DNA of 64,000 nucleotides from Giardia intestinalis (Eukaryota): NCBI GenBank assembly GCA_000002435.2, contig CM018792.1; one strand, 5' to 3'. Shown piece by piece: positions 60,908 to 64,000 of this stretch (position 1 is its first letter; each line of letters starts with the position of its first letter). The notes under the pieces were generated by a model. It saw only the letters and a program-made list of their open reading frames with translations, ran no database searches and was not told where the DNA came from. The position numbers and the translations under genes were made by a program.

Positions 60908-63900
60908 CTATGCTTTTCCTCTGCACAGGAACCACCAGCAAAGGAAGCCTACGAGGCCCCCCACAACAACGATGACAGCCACAGCGATGCCTGCGATGGC
61001 GCCAGTAGAAAGGCCGCTCTTGTTGACGCTTCCACCAGTGCCTACTTCTGATTCTAAACATATGACTGAACTGCCAGATGATGACACACATTGCTTGCAT
61101 CCAGAGATCTTCTCTGAGCACTTCTTGCACGGGCCATCAGTGGTATCGTCACCGTTTTCCTTGTAATACCCAGTGGCACAGGTCTTACACTTATCAGCCG
61201 CACCTGCAGTCGAGCACGTAGCACAAGTAGGATGACATTCTGCACAGTTGCCATCAGTTGCTGCTAAGCCATTGGCACATGTCTGACACTTACCATTGCC
61301 TCCCTGTGCACTACTACACACTTGCTTGCCGGGCTGTCTATCTGTCTGATAGCAACCGCCGTCCTTGAGGAAGTAGTTATCTTCACATTGAGTGCACACC
61401 CCATTACCCATTTTAGTACAGAAAGTTGCTCGTGAACTGGCCGCACAGTCGCCGTTCAAGGGGGCCTGAGTGGAGGTCTTGCACTTTGAGCAGTATGCAG
61501 TTCCTCCTATTTGGGCCCCGCATGTCTCACAGCCAGTGCCATCTGCAGACACCTTGCACGCATCCCCGCAGGTGCCTCCGTTATTAGGATTGCTGTCATC
61601 TGTATATGTCAGTTTCTTGCCAGCAGGACAGGAACTACACTGATTGTTGGCCGGCCCAACGCACTCAGCGCACTCAGGGTTGCATGCCTTACACTTCTTG
61701 TCAGTATCTCCGTAGTATCCGCTGATGGTCGTGCAGTCAGGTACGCATTGGTTTGTAGGGGTGAGGTAGTTGCCGTCATTACATTCAGTGCAGATTTCAC
61801 TGTCTGTTTTGGGGTTGTCACAGGTCTTACAGTTGGGAGTATTGCACGGCGCTTCTGGGTCCTTGGTGCACTGCTTCGTGTCAGTGTTGATGGTGTAGCC
61901 CGGACGGCACGTCTTGCACTGCTGGGCGTTGCCCTCCACGCAGGTCTCACAGCCCTCGACGTTGCACGGCGCTTCTGGGTCCTTGGTGCACTGCTTCGTG
62001 TCAGTGTTGATGGTGTAGCCCGGACGGCACGTCTTGCACTGCTGGGCGTTGCCCTCCACGCAGGTCTCACAGCCCTCGACGTTGCACGGCGCTTCTGGGT
62101 CCTTGGTGCACTGCTTCGTGTCAGTGTTGAGGGTGTAGCCCGGACGGCACGTCTTGCACTGCTGGGCGTTGCCCTCCACGCAGGTCTCACAGCCCTCGAC
62201 GTTGCACGGCGCTTCTGGGTCCTTGGTGCACTGCTTCGTGTCAGTGTTGATGGTGTAGCCCGGACGGCACGTCTTGCACTGCTGGGCGTTGCCCTCCACG
62301 CAGGTCTCACAGCCCTCGACGTTGCACGGCGCTTCTGGGTCCTTGGTGCACTGCTTCGTGTCAGTGTTGATGGTGTAGCCCGGACGGCACGTCTTGCACT
62401 GCTGGGCGTTGCCCTCCACGCAGGTCTCACAGCCCTCGACGTTGCACGGCGCTTCTGGGTCCTTGGTGCACTGCTTCGTGTCAGTGTTGATGGTGTAGCC
62501 CGGACGGCACGTCTTGCACTGCTGGGCGTTGCCCTCCACGCAGGTCTCACAGCCCTCGACGTTGCACGGCGCTTCTGGGTCCTTGGTGCACTGCTTCGTG
62601 TCAGTGTTGATGGTGTAGCCCGGACGGCACGTCTTGCACTGCTGGGCGTTGCCCTCCACGCAGGTCTCACAGCCCTCGACGTTGCACGGCGCTTCTGGGT
62701 CCTTGGTGCACTGCTTCGTGTCAGTGTTGATGGTGTAGCCCGGACGGCACGTCTTGCACTGCTGGGCGTTGCCCTCCACGCAGGTCTCACAGCCCTCGAC
62801 GTTGCACGGCGCTTCTGGGTCCTTGGTGCACTGCTTCGTGTCAGTGTTGATGGTGTAGCCCGGACGGCACGTCTTGCACTGCTGGGCGTTGCCCTCCACG
62901 CAGGTCTCACAGCCCTCGACGTTGCACGGCGCTTCTGGGTCCTTGGTGCACTGCTTCGTGTCAGTGTTGATGGTGTAGCCCGGACGGCACGTCTTGCACT
63001 GCTGGGCGTTGCCCTCCACGCAGGTCTCACAGCCCTCGACGTTGCACGGCGCTTCTGGGTCCTTGGTGCACTGCTTCGTGTCAGTGTTGATGGTGTAGCC
63101 CGGACGGCACGTCTTGCACTGCTGGGCGTTGCCCTCCACGCAGGTCTCACAGCCCTCGACGTTGCACGGCGCTTCTGGGTCCTTGGTGCACTGCTTCGTG
63201 TCAGTGTTGATGGTGTAGCCCGGACGGCACGTCTTGCACTGCTGGGCGTTGCCCTCCACGCAGGTCTCACAGCCCTCGACGTTGCACGGCGCTTCTGGGT
63301 CCTTGGTGCACTGCTTCGTGTCAGTGTTGATGGTGTAGCCCGGACGGCACGTCTTGCACTGCTGGGCGTTGCCCTCCACGCAGGTCTCACAGCCCTCGAC
63401 GTTGCACGGCGCTTCTGGGTCCTTGGTGCACTGCTTCGTGTCAGTGTTGATGGTGTAGCCCGGACGGCACGTCTTGCACTGCTGGGCGTTGCCCTCCACG
63501 CAGGTCTCACAGCCCTCGACGTTGCACGGCGCTTCTGGGTCCTTGGTGCACTGCTTCGTGTCAGTGTTGATGGTGTAGCCCGGACGGCACGTCTTGCACT
63601 GCTGGGCGTTGCCCTCCACGCAGGTCTCACAGCCCTCGACGTTGCACGGCGCTTCTGGGTCCTTGGTGCACTGCTTCGTGTCAGTGTTGATGGTGTAGCC
63701 CGGACGGCACGTCTTGCACTGCTGGGCGTTGCCCTCCACGCAGGTCTCACAGCCCTCGACGTTGCACGGCGCTTCTGGGTCCTTGGTGCACTGCTTCGTG
63801 TCAGTGTTGATGGTGTAGCCCGGACGGCACGTCTTGCACTGCTGGGCGTTGCCCTCCACGCAGGTCTCACAGCCCTCGACGTTGCACGGCGCTTCTGGGT

Positions 63901-64000
63901 CCTTGGTGCACTGCTTCGTGTCAGTGTTGATGGTGTAGCCCGGACGGCACGTCTTGCACTGCTGGGCGTTGCCCTCCACGCAGGTCTCACAGCCCTCGAC
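60908..64000 (-). CDS. VSP: Variant-specific surface protein (VSP), partial. The 5' end lies beyond the window. It contains a 40-aa tandem repeat array.
   Basis: C-terminus '...GAIAGIAVAVIVVVGGLVGFLCWWFLCRGKA' (TM helix plus invariant CRGKA). Abundant CXXC and GGCY-type motifs. The frame is open through position 64000. Confidence 0.95.
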   Translation of the reverse strand, partial: VEGCETCVEGNAQQCKTCRPGYTINTDTKQCTKDPEAPCNVEGCETCVEGNAQQCKTCRPGYTINTDTKQCTKDPEAPCNVEGCETCVEGNAQQCKTCRPGYTINTDTKQCTKDPEAPCNVEGCETCVEGNAQQCKTCRPGYTINTDTKQCTKDPEAPCNVEGCETCVEGNAQQCKTCRPGYTINTDTKQCTKDPEAPCNVEGCETCVEGNAQQCKTCRPGYTINTDTKQCTKDPEAPCNVEGCETCVEGNAQQCKTCRPGYTINTDTKQCTKDPEAPCNVEGCETCVEGNAQQCKTCRPGYTINTDTKQCTKDPEAPCNVEGCETCVEGNAQQCKTCRPGYTINTDTKQCTKDPEAPCNVEGCETCVEGNAQQCKTCRPGYTINTDTKQCTKDPEAPCNVEGCETCVEGNAQQCKTCRPGYTINTDTKQCTKDPEAPCNVEGCETCVEGNAQQCKTCRPGYTINTDTKQCTKDPEAPCNVEGCETCVEGNAQQCKTCRPGYTINTDTKQCTKDPEAPCNVEGCETCVEGNAQQCKTCRPGYTINTDTKQCTKDPEAPCNVEGCETCVEGNAQQCKTCRPGYTINTDTKQCTKDPEAPCNVEGCETCVEGNAQQCKTCRPGYTLNTDTKQCTKDPEAPCNVEGCETCVEGNAQQCKTCRPGYTINTDTKQCTKDPEAPCNVEGCETCVEGNAQQCKTCRPGYTINTDTKQCTKDPEAPCNTPNCKTCDNPKTDSEICTECNDGNYLTPTNQCVPDCTTISGYYGDTDKKCKACNPECAECVGPANNQCSSCPAGKKLTYTDDSNPNNGGTCGDACKVSADGTGCETCGAQIGGTAYCSKCKTSTQAPLNGDCAASSRATFCTKMGNGVCTQCEDNYFLKDGGCYQTDRQPGKQVCSSAQGGNGKCQTCANGLAATDGNCAECHPTCATCSTAGAADKCKTCATGYYKENGDDTTDGPCKKCSEKISGCKQCVSSSGSSVICLESEVGTGGSVNKSGLSTGAIAGIAVAVIVVVGGLVGFLCWWFLCRGKA
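61841..64000. repeat. 120-bp tandem repeat, at least 18 copies, near-identical, continuing past the window end
   Basis: Period-120 identity verified by eye across rows 61861/61981/62101...63901. Each unit encodes 'GNAQQCKTCRPGYTINTDTKQCTKDPEAPCNVEGCETCVE'. The single difference is a T-to-G change at 62131 (Ile to Leu). Confidence 0.95.

Noticed and set aside
61609-63990. 793-aa ORF made of 'RPAWRATPSSARRAVRATPSTLTRSSAPRTQKRRATSRAV' repeats
   Set aside because: It is an alternative reading frame of the VSP 120-bp repeat array on the same strand. It has no stop because the unit is a multiple of 3. The VSP frame, with its CRGKA terminus, is the real one.
1-64000. Prokaryotic defence or mobile system (CRISPR, restriction-modification, toxin-antitoxin, integron, etc.)
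   Set aside because: Every recognisable gene is eukaryotic: EF-2, MAPK, DYRK, RuvBL2, UBR, p47, ArfGAP, VSP. There are no CRISPR-like spacer arrays, no IS-type inverted repeats, and no bacterial operon structure.

Overview
This window is eukaryotic, not prokaryotic, and almost certainly Giardia intestinalis chromosomal DNA. I found no prokaryotic defence system or other novel bacterial system, and I do not think one is present.

Evidence for Giardia:
- There is a variant-specific surface protein (VSP) gene with CXXC repeats and the invariant C-terminal '...CRGKA' membrane anchor.
- The VSP stop codon is followed by the conserved VSP extended polyadenylation motif ACTTAGGTAGTAAAC.
- There are several 'protein 21.1'-type ankyrin proteins and NEK-like kinases fused to ankyrin arrays.
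- An EF-2 orthologue of 898 aa is present.
- Genes are intronless, run on both strands, and are separated by intergenic spacers of only 5-250 bp, with AT-rich initiators directly at the ATG.

Content: I call about 31 protein-coding genes (two partial at the window edges) and one tRNA-Arg(CCG). Confident calls:
- thymidylate kinase
- EF-2
- a choline/ethanolamine-kinase-like enzyme
- a CAMKL kinase
- RuvB-like 2
- a multi-RRM protein
- a 2527-aa UBR-box E3 ligase
- an ERK-type MAPK
- a p47/UBX protein
- a MOCS3/Uba4-like E1
- an ArfGAP
- an LmbE-domain protein
- a DYRK kinase
- two ankyrin-fused NEK-like pseudokinases

One caveat on the supplied ORF track: it accepts non-ATG starts. Six ORFs open on TTG or GTG. 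I trimmed those to the first ATG. CDS coordinates include the stop codon.

The most unusual features are at the 3' end of the window:
- The VSP gene carries at least 18 essentially identical 120-bp (40-aa) tandem repeats and runs off the window.
- A 6.5-kb GC-rich stretch with no credible ORF (54.4-60.9 kb) sits in an otherwise extremely gene-dense locus. It is probably a decayed pseudogene or retroelement relic next to the VSP.
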